Positions 35,663 to 44,498 of a stretch of 50,065 nucleotides of DNA are shown here, in pieces. Under the pieces are notes generated by a model. That model saw only the letters and a program-made list of their open reading frames with translations. It had not been told where the DNA came from and did not search any database. Position numbers and translations under genes: made by a program. How positions within the stretch are numbered: the stretch's first letter is position 1; each line of letters begins with the position of its first letter. The stretch comes from a virus, in the IMG/VR virus record IMGVR_UViG_3300045988_086121, positions 1 through 50,065 of that record. One strand, given 5' to 3'.

Positions 35663-36090
35663 GATTCCTCCGATGAAGCCCCATGGACTTGTGCTTCTCG
35701 AGTATTCATCGTCGCTTGTTTTGACCCTCTTAGGAAAGTCATAGATTGAAAAAAAAATGGAGCATTGAAACTTTCAGCACAATATGAAATAACCTTTCCA
35801 TATACGCTCATTGTTGTTTTCCTTTTAATGTACCAACCAAGCAAAAACCTTAGTAATCCACTGCGAAAAACAGCTTTTACTACAACCTTTTGCAATAATC
35901 GTAAATCTTTTGAATGCTTCAATATTTCTTCGATAGCATTAAAGCGACCTTCCAGTTCAATTACATCGCATTTTTCTACTAATTCTCCAATCTCCCAAAT
36001 TTGCCCAAGGGTCATAGGACGGATGTAAAAAGGTAACAAGCCAAACCTAATCCAAGTGCCTTTTTCTTTTATTGTTGCAGAAGTACTCAT
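35659..36090 (-). CDS. Tail assembly chaperone (G-like)
   Basis: The start at 36090 is chosen because the upstream part of the ORF is a terminator hairpin. Position between the major tail protein and the tape measure. Confidence 0.65.
   Translation of the reverse strand: MSTSATIKEKGTWIRFGLLPFYIRPMTLGQIWEIGELVEKCDVIELEGRFNAIEEILKHSKDLRLLQKVVVKAVFRSGLLRFLLGWYIKRKTTMSVYGKVISYCAESFNAPFFFQSMTFLRGSKQATMNTREAQVHGASSEES
35749..35757 (-). promoter_or_regulatory. T9 slippery sequence (A9 on + strand) for -1 programmed frameshift of the tail chaperone (G/GT type)
   Basis: Zero frame CCA TTT TTT TTT CAA (NAPFFFQ). The -1 frame continues S I Y D F P K R V K T S D D E Y S R S T S P W G F I G G I M K Y F R M... 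Confidence 0.65.
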
Positions 36091-36097
36091 ATATAGA

Positions 36098-36141
36098 ATT
36101 TTAAAAAGCAGCGTTATTATGAATTTACTATAACGCTGCTT
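36098..36141 (-). terminator. Intrinsic terminator/attenuator after the major tail protein gene
   Basis: Minus strand reads AAGCAGCGTTAT-N12-ATAACGCTGCTT followed by TTTTAAAATT, a perfect 12-bp stem. Confidence 0.7.
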
Positions 36142-36225
36142 GTTCCTTAATTTTAGTGTTTCAGATAAATTCAATCAAATATCTACCCATTTCATCGATT
36201 ATTTGCTCATCTATATCTGAAACAA

Positions 36226-36855
36226 TTAGACGTTTTTTGCGTGGTCGTGTCCAGTATTATCTGATGTAGTCCCTGCATCGGGTTTCCATCGTGCCGAGGG
36301 CATTTCATCGCCAGTAAGGACATCGAAGACCGCTTGCTTTGTACATTCGATATTGATATTCGGGAAACCACTTTTACCAATCGTACCACTCTTAGTTACA
36401 ACGAGCTTCATGTTTGCCCACTCGAATATCTTAGAGGGGAACTCACTTGTACTTCTCGTCTGAATCTGGATGGCATGATTCTGCAACTTGAATTTTGGGT
36501 CTTCCTCAATATAGCCGTCTGTACCCTCCTTGTAGCCGAAGAAAAACATTGCAGCTTCCTTACTCATATCGTAGACCTGAACAGTGAAGCCCTCTGTACC
36601 TGCGTCACTCTGCAACGTAGCGTAATAGGTATCACTATCCTCAATTTCAATATTGTTTGTAGAAGGTGCTTGATCGTTAAAGGTAAGTGAATCCTTAACG
36701 ATTGCTTTCAACTGAAACTCAGTCCACTTAGAAGGGAAAGCAGGGGTAGCAGTAAGTGTTTCTCCATTATACGAGCCACCTTTAGTGTTTGGATTGTTTA
36801 CAAGGGGAGCAAATTTAATATGCTTAATACCCCATGCACCAGTTTTATTTGCCAT
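36226..36855 (-). CDS. Major tail protein
   Basis: 209 aa, followed by an attenuator and the chaperone pair. Confidence 0.6.
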   Translation of the reverse strand: MANKTGAWGIKHIKFAPLVNNPNTKGGSYNGETLTATPAFPSKWTEFQLKAIVKDSLTFNDQAPSTNNIEIEDSDTYYATLQSDAGTEGFTVQVYDMSKEAAMFFFGYKEGTDGYIEEDPKFKLQNHAIQIQTRSTSEFPSKIFEWANMKLVVTKSGTIGKSGFPNINIECTKQAVFDVLTGDEMPSARWKPDAGTTSDNTGHDHAKNV

Positions 36856-36868
36856 TGCCGTTTAATGC

Positions 36869-37276
36869 TTAGTTTGTAAATGTTACTTGAACTCTAAGAT
36901 TGACGAAGTGAGTATTATCAATGTCTTTAATGCAGTTACTATCAGCTTCTAAGTGATACCAACTACCATTGATAATAAGCTCACGCTCGTCATCTTCGGT
37001 CGTGGTGTTCTTTGGTGGAATTAACTCCATCACGCTTTGACTTATTTGTTGCAGTTTTATCGTGTCAGGCATTCCGTTATTCAAGTCTGGTACGTGAATA
37101 TTGACATTCACAATGCAACTTGTATTAACCCACGAGCCGTATGAGATTGAAAGGTAATTCAAGCAGATGTAAGGTAATGCGTAATTCACGGGCTTCTCTA
37201 TTTTGAACACCGCTACGTCATTTATCTTCTTGCTCAAATATAGCGCAAGGTCTGTTACTGCTTGCATTCCGTTCAT
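36869..37276 (-). CDS. Tail terminator / tail completion protein
   Basis: 135 aa. Called by synteny. Confidence 0.45.
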   Translation of the reverse strand: MNGMQAVTDLALYLSKKINDVAVFKIEKPVNYALPYICLNYLSISYGSWVNTSCIVNVNIHVPDLNNGMPDTIKLQQISQSVMELIPPKNTTTEDDERELIINGSWYHLEADSNCIKDIDNTHFVNLRVQVTFTN

Positions 37277-37755
37277 ATCTTGTTATCGTTTATGTCTTGA
37301 ATAAGTTTTTTTATTTTCTTATCGAGAGAACTTTGCAAGAATGATATTACATTGCAGCCTTTCGCTTCAACGTATCGTGCGTATTCCATTCCAGCTACAA
37401 CCACGACTTCCCACAAAGAGCCTTTCGCTTCAAATTTGCCTAATGCAGTTCGAGCAGCACTCTCGCCCTCAGCACTACCTCTGCCATCAAAACCACCACT
37501 TGTAACTTCCTTGCTTTCAAAGAAAATTTTAAATCCAATGCTTCCACGAAGATTGCGTGTGTGGTCGTCGTACCCTCCGCTATCACGTGAAGGGTAGGTA
37601 TCGCGAGCCATATTGCAAGTTTTTTCGGCAATGACTGTCAATTCCCTTAGGATGCGAGTGTCAAATTGTGGTTTCTGGCTGCTTCTCTGTGAACCAAGTT
37701 TCCTCAGCACCTCATCGAATCCAAAGCTTTCTACTTTAGCCATAACTTTAGCCAA
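37273..37755 (-). CDS. HK97 gp10-like neck protein
   Basis: TRNLRGSIGF...VVVVAGMEYARYVEAKG is the gp10-family signature. Confidence 0.6.
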   Translation of the reverse strand: MAKVMAKVESFGFDEVLRKLGSQRSSQKPQFDTRILRELTVIAEKTCNMARDTYPSRDSGGYDDHTRNLRGSIGFKIFFESKEVTSGGFDGRGSAEGESAARTALGKFEAKGSLWEVVVVAGMEYARYVEAKGCNVISFLQSSLDKKIKKLIQDINDNKI

Positions 37756-38054
37756 TTTCGTAATGTAACAAATCCAATCACGCGAATGTCCTTATCAATA
37801 GTACCATCTTTCTTTGTGATGTGTACCAAATCATTCTCGCGAGGGATATTGTCATTGCTCTTTGGTTTTCGTAGGAAAATCGTGTAAGAATAGGAGTAAT
37901 CATGCCCATCGTGTCCGCTTATCTTAGCTGCAGAATTGTTGGGGATAATCTTGCATTTACCAAGCTCAAGCCATTCAGTTATTTCTGTAGGGTTGAGTTG
38001 TTCGTCTGTACCCTCTATTCTTTTTTGTAGTTGGATAGAATCATCGAGTTTCAT
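37731..38054 (-). CDS. Head closure / head-tail adaptor protein
   Basis: 107 aa. Called by synteny. Confidence 0.45.
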   Translation of the reverse strand: MKLDDSIQLQKRIEGTDEQLNPTEITEWLELGKCKIIPNNSAAKISGHDGHDYSYSYTIFLRKPKSNDNIPRENDLVHITKKDGTIDKDIRVIGFVTLRNWLKLWLK

Positions 38055-38389
38055 ATACTTATTACTTTAATTGTGTTTTCGCCATCATCAGCAAGAACGA
38101 GGTCTGCTGATATTCCTGCGTCATTGGCTATAGCTTGAATAGCTTTGTCAATCTTGGTAATAGCATACGATTGCGAAATACCTCCGATGTTTTCGCTTTC
38201 AAGAACTCGCAATTTCGATAAGCATAACATCGAAGCAAGTGCAACACACTTCTTTCCCATTAAAGAATAGGTGTCTTCGGGGTCACATTCTCCGAAGCGT
38301 TCTCCTGCATCTATCAATGCTTTATCCAAGCTATCATCAGACACACTATAAGGTTCAATAGTGGCTGCAACTGCTTCTCTGTTATTCAT
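38051..38389 (-). CDS. Head-tail connector (gp6-like)
   Basis: 112 aa directly downstream of the capsid gene. Confidence 0.45.
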   Translation of the reverse strand: MNNREAVAATIEPYSVSDDSLDKALIDAGERFGECDPEDTYSLMGKKCVALASMLCLSKLRVLESENIGGISQSYAITKIDKAIQAIANDAGISADLVLADDGENTIKVISI

Positions 38390-38422
38390 ATAACTAACTC
38401 AACAAAAATCAATCTATGTAGT

Positions 38423-39550
38423 TTATACTTTACTTGCTTCTTGCTCTTTAACTACTTCTGCTTCTGTCTTGTCGGTTTCAAGAATGAAGTAGTCCTCCTT
38501 GCCAGTAAACACGGGGTGCGCCCACATCTCATAATCAATGAAACGTCCCTTTTCATTGCGCCACATACCAACTTGATTGTTGTCGTATGTAGAGTAAGTC
38601 TTGTTTGGCAACGGGTCAACCGATTCAAGAGTGTCTGCAACTTTCAACACCGCAACTGTATTAGCGCACTGGAACACAACGCGGTCATCCTTTGTCATGT
38701 TCGTTGATTTGCCATCAGCAAGGAGGCAGTAACGCTCCTTCTCGATTGTGATAGTCGGTAACAGAATCGATTCGAGATACTGATTTACTTCGTTATAAGA
38801 TACACGTGCAGCTGATACATCAACCTTGCCAAGTTTCAACTTGAATACATCACGCAACTGCTTTGATTTGCACATCTTGCGGAAGGTACGCACACTCATA
38901 CGCATCTTCAAGACAGTCTTACCGATTGAACCAAGGTAGTCCACAATCTCTTGAATATCGTCAAGAGGAGTAGATTTTTCGTTACCCCATGCAGCAACTT
39001 TAGCATAAAACTTCTTAACACCAATTTTGTATGTGTAAGTTACGCCTGATTTTGTGTTATTGCTGTCGTTTACGGTCTGTGTGCCGTTGAATAAGCCCTC
39101 AAAGTAGAGCATATCAATACGCTTATGAGGAGCGATTACAGCCTTCTCGAACGGGTCAAAGAGGAACTTAACCAACTTAGCATACTCTACGTTACGCTGC
39201 TCCTGCGAGAACGAATACTGCTTATCTCGGTATCGGTTTTCGAGGAAATAGTATTGGTCAAGTCTATCGTTATCCATTTGCCACTCATCGGCAATACGGC
39301 TCAGTGAACCAATCAACTGCTTTGCAGTTGGCATCTGATGAGTGGGTTTTTCACCATTCTTGTCGATGACTGAGCCAACCATTGCTGCTGCATATTCTGC
39401 AACATAAGCATTATAAACCTTAGATGCGCAATATTCTGGCGAAGGCATCTCGCTCTTCCACTCGGCAACATAGGTTGAGTTCTTCATCTGCTCTTGAATA
39501 AAGGCGTCAAAACGCTTCGGTTTTTCAAGCTCTTTGATTAAAGAATCCAT
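38423..39550 (-). CDS. Major capsid protein
   Basis: 375 aa. Position after the scaffold/decoration-like genes and before the connector genes. Confidence 0.65.
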   Translation of the reverse strand: MDSLIKELEKPKRFDAFIQEQMKNSTYVAEWKSEMPSPEYCASKVYNAYVAEYAAAMVGSVIDKNGEKPTHQMPTAKQLIGSLSRIADEWQMDNDRLDQYYFLENRYRDKQYSFSQEQRNVEYAKLVKFLFDPFEKAVIAPHKRIDMLYFEGLFNGTQTVNDSNNTKSGVTYTYKIGVKKFYAKVAAWGNEKSTPLDDIQEIVDYLGSIGKTVLKMRMSVRTFRKMCKSKQLRDVFKLKLGKVDVSAARVSYNEVNQYLESILLPTITIEKERYCLLADGKSTNMTKDDRVVFQCANTVAVLKVADTLESVDPLPNKTYSTYDNNQVGMWRNEKGRFIDYEMWAHPVFTGKEDYFILETDKTEAEVVKEQEASKV

Positions 39551-39576
39551 ATTTGTTAATGTTTTTGTGTTAGTAC

Positions 39577-40119
39577 TTAAAGCTTAAACGCATGACGCGA
39601 AGTAAGTGCAGTTTTGATTGCGTCATTGAGGTAGTAAGGCAATGTATCTTCCTCAATTTCGTATGCTTGTAGGGTTGGTGTGCAACTCTGCATGCCGTCC
39701 AATTCGACTGTTGCGTAATTAAGACCTACGACATTGCTTGCATTACCATCATCAAGGACTGCTCCCTTATCGGCTTTCTCCGCAAGTTCAGCGATTGTGA
39801 ATTTGTCAAAGTTTTCATTGCTTGAGTCAATAGCACTAATGGCAGAACCTGCGATAGTGTCGCCAACCATAAAGTTATGATTCTTGTCAACCTTGATTTC
39901 CGTAGCCGATTCAGTAGCGTTTTCGTAAACCTTAGCTGTCTTGCACAATACGACCTTTCCGTTTGAATTAAGCGCAAGGGGAGCACCCTTAGACAACCAT
40001 TTCAATGTTGCAGGCAACTTAGATTGGTCAATAGTAAAACCGCTCTGTCTACGCACGCAAGACTTTTCATCCCAAACACCTTCAGGAATATTCGAAGGGA
40101 TTGTTTCTTTGTAAATCAT
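39577..40119 (-). CDS. Head decoration or capsid-associated protein
   Basis: 180 aa immediately upstream of the capsid gene (lambda D/E-like order). Confidence 0.4.
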   Translation of the reverse strand: MIYKETIPSNIPEGVWDEKSCVRRQSGFTIDQSKLPATLKWLSKGAPLALNSNGKVVLCKTAKVYENATESATEIKVDKNHNFMVGDTIAGSAISAIDSSNENFDKFTIAELAEKADKGAVLDDGNASNVVGLNYATVELDGMQSCTPTLQAYEIEEDTLPYYLNDAIKTALTSRHAFKL

Positions 40120-40142
40120 CTTGTTTCTTTTTTATTAGTTAC

Positions 40143-40766
40143 TTATTCAGACTTAGGGGCAAGAGCCTTCTGTGCCGATTGCATTTTCTTAAGAAAATCA
40201 TCATCCGAATCTGCGCTACCATTACCAAGAGGTGGTACATCGGAAATTCCCAATGATGACAGAATTTCTTTTCGCTCTTCCGCGTAGTCTTGTTCAATCT
40301 GAGAAGCAAGATTGTCTGCATCTTCCTCTTTTTCAAGTTTGTAGCGTCCAACGAATTTGCTGGGTATGTTCTTTAGTTTGCTATGTGCAGACAAGATACC
40401 TGCAAGTCGCTTGTTCTGCTCTGCTTCCTTGTAGGGCTTTAATGCGTCAGCAATACCCGTTTTAAGCATTTCTTCAACTTGTTCCTTTGTCAATGTTCCT
40501 TCTGGCTTTTTCGGCTCGGGCTGCTTAGGCTCTGGCTTAATATAGCCTTTGTACTTATTTTCAACGGCAGATGCACAACGATTACCGAACTTCTGCATAA
40601 AGCCTACATAAACCGATGCACCGCTTGCAGCGTTGTTAATATCGTCCTCTGTAGAATCTTCTGTGAGATTTTGACCAACAATGTCTGCCAACTCCTCAAG
40701 TTCCGTTTGGTTAAAACCCTTGTCATGATACAAGGTTTTCAACGCGTTAATCAGTTTCTTCTTCAT
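40143..40766 (-). CDS. Scaffolding protein
   Basis: 207 aa, helical and charged with an acidic tail. Called by position. Confidence 0.5.
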   Translation of the reverse strand: MKKKLINALKTLYHDKGFNQTELEELADIVGQNLTEDSTEDDINNAASGASVYVGFMQKFGNRCASAVENKYKGYIKPEPKQPEPKKPEGTLTKEQVEEMLKTGIADALKPYKEAEQNKRLAGILSAHSKLKNIPSKFVGRYKLEKEEDADNLASQIEQDYAEERKEILSSLGISDVPPLGNGSADSDDDFLKKMQSAQKALAPKSE

Positions 40767-40831
40767 TAGATTTTTTATTAAATGATAATCACAAATGTAG
40801 ATAGTTATGTTTGTTGCTTTTGATGTTGAAT

Positions 40832-41191
40832 TTAGATTTTCGACATTTTCCTTGCATTTTCCTTATTTTGGAACGCTTTTAGTAGTTTCTTGACCTTGTT
40901 TGCGGAATAGGCATTTGAATTGTTTATCCTATATATGTGCATTCCCAACCTACGCAAGCACGCACTTCTGTTGCTGTCAAGTCGCTTTTGGTTGTCCGTG
41001 AAATGGTATTTACCATCTACCTCAATAGCAAGTTTGAGCGTTGGTATGTATATATCTATATAAAAGCACTTTCGTGCCGTTCTAACTGGGTACTGCCTTA
41101 TAAATTGCACATTCAATGCGCTTAGTATTCTACACACGGATTTTTCTGCCGATGTCGATTTGTTTAGTAGTTCATTTCTGTAGTTTGCCAT
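40832..41191 (-). CDS. DUF559 / Vsr-like PD-(D/E)xK endonuclease
   Basis: E..VCRILSALNVQFIRQYPV...FYIDIYIPTLKLAIEVDGKYHF...DSNRSACLRRLGMHIYRINNSN matches the DUF559 pattern (D...EVDG..H...R...L...G..v.R). Confidence 0.65.
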   Translation of the reverse strand: MANYRNELLNKSTSAEKSVCRILSALNVQFIRQYPVRTARKCFYIDIYIPTLKLAIEVDGKYHFTDNQKRLDSNRSACLRRLGMHIYRINNSNAYSANKVKKLLKAFQNKENARKMSKI

Positions 41192-41319
41192 AGATTTTTC
41201 GTTATTTCTGAGAAATCGTGATTTTTCTTCGTTTTTGAGAAAATATCCCTAACTCGTTGGTTTTCAAGCAAAAATACAGAGAAATTGCGAGATATAAAAA
41301 ATAAAAATATATTTAATAC

Positions 41320-41393
41320 ATAATTTTCTTATATTTTTATTTGGTAGAAATATATTTTAGTTATATCTTTGCAACGCATTTAAGAAATAAAGT
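41320..41393 (+). promoter_or_regulatory. Early promoter module, copy B (~90% identical to 6049..6122); TATCTTTG box at 41364..41371
   Basis: Manual alignment. Drives the plus-strand island genes. Confidence 0.65.
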
Positions 41394-41420
41394 AAGAAAC
41401 AATTTAAAAACAAAACAACA

Positions 41421-41621
41421 ATGAAATATTGTACTTGGAAAGAAACTGGCAAGAGTTGGATTTTTGATGAATATGGTTTCTATATTAACCCTTATAATGG
41501 TCGCGAAGAATGCTACATGGGTGAAGAATTGTTCAAGGTATCTTACAGAGAGCCGATAAAGAGTCAGATAATAATACGGGATTTTGATGATGTATACGAC
41601 ACAATAGAAAATTATCAGTAA
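41421..41621 (+). CDS. Hypothetical small protein
   Basis: 66-aa ORF, the first gene after promoter B. Confidence 0.5.
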   Translation: MKYCTWKETGKSWIFDEYGFYINPYNGREECYMGEELFKVSYREPIKSQIIIRDFDDVYDTIENYQ

Positions 41622-41667
41622 AAGGGAAACCTTAGTAGCTTGCAGGGGTTCGACTCCCCTCACACCT
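41622..41667 (+). ncRNA. Two-hairpin RNA motif, copy 1 (GNRA hairpin plus T-arm-like hairpin) directly after a stop codon
   Basis: AAGG-GAAA-CCTT, a 10-nt linker, AGGGG-TTCGACT-CCCCT, then CACACCT. No 5' acceptor partner upstream. Confidence 0.45.
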
Positions 41668-41705
41668 ACAACAAAAAAACGATAACAACTTAAAACAAAA
41701 CGACA

Positions 41706-41924
41706 ATGAACATAATCAACGACATCAACAGAATTGACACTCTTGAAAAATTCTTTCTCGATAACACAAAGGACTTGAAAGAAGAACTTTCAAAGCAGCC
41801 AGAACAAAGAAGTGCGGACGCAATTAGAATTGCACTTCTGAATCTGAAAATGATACAATACGAGTTCAAAAAAGCATTAAAGACCATTGCTGAGTATGAT
41901 TTTGTCAATGACTTCTCTAAATAA
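41706..41924 (+). CDS. Hypothetical helical protein
   Basis: 72-aa ORF. Confidence 0.5.
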   Translation: MNIINDINRIDTLEKFFLDNTKDLKEELSKQPEQRSADAIRIALLNLKMIQYEFKKALKTIAEYDFVNDFSK

Positions 41925-41931
41925 AACGACA

Positions 41932-42195
41932 ATGGAAACGAAAGCTACATTCGAGGAAGTTTATTTCCTTACGCATAATAATAGAAGTTTAAAAATTTCT
42001 ATATCAGAAAAGAGTAATCAGGTGTTATTCGCAGCAGCAGCTTACGGACAAACACCATTAGATTTCGCGAAATTTTATTTAGAATGTTTTTTAGATGACG
42101 GACAATCACATCTTTTTACTGAAGAAGATTGCCAAAAAATAATCGACTTCGTTGACGGAAATTTAAATAAGTACGAAAGAATATATGTACTTTAA
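41932..42195 (+). CDS. Hypothetical protein
   Basis: METKATFEEVYFL..., in frame with ORF 41887..42195. Confidence 0.5.
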   Translation: METKATFEEVYFLTHNNRSLKISISEKSNQVLFAAAAYGQTPLDFAKFYLECFLDDGQSHLFTEEDCQKIIDFVDGNLNKYERIYVL

Positions 42196-42200
42196 CCATA

Positions 42201-42247
42201 AGAGGGTAACCTTGGTGTCTCGGGTGGTTCGATTCCACCTTACTCAC
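42201..42247 (+). ncRNA. Two-hairpin RNA motif, copy 2
   Basis: GAGG-GTAA-CCTT, linker, GGTGG-TTCGATT-CCACC, then TTACTCA. Compensatory stem changes relative to copy 1. Both tetraloops are GNRA. Confidence 0.45.
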
Positions 42248-42564
42248 AAGCATGTACATGGATTGGTTACGGGATATTCTTTTCAGGTTTCTTCGCGACA
42301 TTCCAACCGCAAAAAAATGGGCAGGAAGCAAACTGGGTAGACTACACCAACGTGGTGCGAGACAACGGCAAAACCTCAGAGAAGAGTAAATCCGAGACAA
42401 CGTAACCGCCCCATATCGTGATTGGGTTGAGCAAAACAACTGAAAAGCCGATAGGAATGTGCAACGTATACCGCACATGAGTTCTTCAAGGGTTTGGCGA
42501 TAACCTTAAGCGCATTTTTAATTTGATAACAAACAACATAACAACAATATAAAACCATACTACA

Positions 42565-43449
42565 ATGGATAATAAATTTTTCGACTTCGACAAAGCAAAG
42601 GTGCAGACAATCACACTTGAACAACTTGCACGCACTCACAAAGAAAATGATGTGTACAATCAACCTTTGAAAGGTATCTACCACTTCGATTTACTCAACA
42701 AGGTTATCGATATGTGCAATGAGCAGCATTTCAACGTGGAGGTTTACGACCTCTTTGCTGCACAAAATAAAGACCGCGCTCAGCCTGGTGTTGTGCTCCT
42801 CCCACAAGTGGAAGCCCAGTACGGAGATAAGGCTGTAGAAGCACACATCTTGCGTAGAGTATTCGCGAATATTCGTATCACGGATTTTGACGATGACGAT
42901 AATACAACCAACATTGCTGTCGCTTTTCACCAAAAAGGTATTCAAGCAGGGTTCGGCAATATGGTAAAGATATGTCACAACCAATGTATGCTCAATGCTG
43001 AGAGCTATATTTCTACGTATGCTGAGAAGGGTACTGGTCGTGGAGATAAAGTTACCATTCAAGATGTTCTTGATGTTATCAAGTCATGGCTCGTTGACGC
43101 TCGACACCTCATTGTGAGTGACCGCGAACGCATGGAACGAATGAAAGCTATTGAACTTTCGGCAGAACAAGTCTTTCAGCTGATAGGCATGCTTACTACT
43201 ATCCGCGTTAAATGCGATACAAGTAACAAGGCTATCAAAGCACCTTGCGTTTATCCGCTTAATCAAGCGCAAATTTCACGCTTTACCGAGCTTCTGCTGT
43301 TAAACTATCATGAAACGGGTAAAACTACCGTATGGAGCGTGTATAACGCTGCTACGGAACTCTATAAAGCTGACAGCATGGAAATCCCTTCTTTGCTACC
43401 TCAAAACAGAGCGATGGTTAAATTCTTGGCTGAACAATACAATATCTAA
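42565..43449 (+). CDS. DUF932-like protein (conjugative-element/phage family)
   Basis: 294 aa. IAVAFHQKGIQAGFGNMVKICHNQCML resembles the DUF932 core (NS.DGS...G..R.vC.NGm). Confidence 0.4.
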   Translation: MDNKFFDFDKAKVQTITLEQLARTHKENDVYNQPLKGIYHFDLLNKVIDMCNEQHFNVEVYDLFAAQNKDRAQPGVVLLPQVEAQYGDKAVEAHILRRVFANIRITDFDDDDNTTNIAVAFHQKGIQAGFGNMVKICHNQCMLNAESYISTYAEKGTGRGDKVTIQDVLDVIKSWLVDARHLIVSDRERMERMKAIELSAEQVFQLIGMLTTIRVKCDTSNKAIKAPCVYPLNQAQISRFTELLLLNYHETGKTTVWSVYNAATELYKADSMEIPSLLPQNRAMVKFLAEQYNI

Positions 43450-43502
43450 AACAACAATGCAAGGGGAGCACAAGAACTCTCCTTGCTAAAAACGAAACAA
43501 CA

Positions 43503-44069
43503 ATGTACAATAACAAAGATTATCAATACGCAATTAAATGCGGTTTAGACGTGCGTTTCGCCAAGAGTTATGCAATCACTAAGCGCGAGAATCCAGATGC
43601 TATAAAACGCGTAAAAACAACTCAGGGCACGCTCATTTATTTCGTTGACTGGATTTGCACCGATGGCAGCGTGGTAATGCTCAATCCAAAGACAGCATCA
43701 TTGTATCACGAATTGAGATACGACACACATCCTGACGTTGATGAATATGGTGTATTCTTTGCTTTCAATCAAGAACAATTCGATAAAGGGTACAGCCATC
43801 TTGTCGAACTCGGTTTTATTTCAAATGGCGACAAAATCTCCAAGAGCAAGAGTGGTGTTTTCGGAACACCCGAATCTATTAAAGCTTTCCTTGATTTTTA
43901 CGACAATAGGGATAAGGAAATACCAACTAAATGCGACCCACAAGAAGCTTACTTCTTTGAGTACAACAACTATGAGAGCATGTTTGCTTGGGATGGCGAT
44001 AAAGACGCATATAACACAATAGTCAATTTGTGGGGTGAAGATGTGGCAAAAACAATCATACGAATTTAA
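43503..44069 (+). CDS. Hypothetical protein
   Basis: 188-aa ORF. Confidence 0.55.
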   Translation: MYNNKDYQYAIKCGLDVRFAKSYAITKRENPDAIKRVKTTQGTLIYFVDWICTDGSVVMLNPKTASLYHELRYDTHPDVDEYGVFFAFNQEQFDKGYSHLVELGFISNGDKISKSKSGVFGTPESIKAFLDFYDNRDKEIPTKCDPQEAYFFEYNNYESMFAWDGDKDAYNTIVNLWGEDVAKTIIRI

Positions 44070-44081
44070 TCTAAAACAGCA

Positions 44082-44492
44082 ATGGAAATAACAGTAAACA
44101 TTCCTCTGAACGATTATGTACAACCTTCAGAAGTACGCCAAGAAGTGGTTCAATACATTTGTGAAGCATTCCTTTCAAATAGCCATTGGAATTGCTTCCA
44201 CCCATATAAAGACCCAACATCAACACGATACAGAAATGCAACATTATACGTAAAAATATCAAAGCGCGAAAAAATTACTGGTTGGGGATTCGATAGCTAT
44301 GATAAAGACGACAAAGATTCAATGATAAAGTTCAACGGCTGCGAAATGCAAGCAGCGTTTAAAGCTCTCAGGGAAGCAGGATACCACATATTCCGAGTTT
44401 ATACTTACGGAACATGGAAGGGTTATGTCTGCAAAAGGAAACCTTATTCTGAGGGCACAGAGGTTACAACTTTCAATGACTTTATAGATTAA
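44082..44492 (+). CDS. Hypothetical protein
   Basis: 136-aa ORF. Confidence 0.55.
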   Translation: MEITVNIPLNDYVQPSEVRQEVVQYICEAFLSNSHWNCFHPYKDPTSTRYRNATLYVKISKREKITGWGFDSYDKDDKDSMIKFNGCEMQAAFKALREAGYHIFRVYTYGTWKGYVCKRKPYSEGTEVTTFNDFID

Positions 44493-44498
44493 GACGAT

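Noticed and set aside
41622-42247. The two T-arm-containing elements as complete tRNA genes
   Set aside because: The complements of the 3' acceptor strands (GGTGTGA/AGGTGTG and TGAGTAA) are absent from the ~80 nt upstream, and no anticodon arm can be drawn. They are reported as RNA motifs instead.
42116-42684. Minus-strand ORFs of 120 and 102 aa in the island spacer
   Set aside because: They oppose the island transcription direction, overlap the DUF932-like gene start, and are Cys/Arg/Phe-rich artefact-like sequences.
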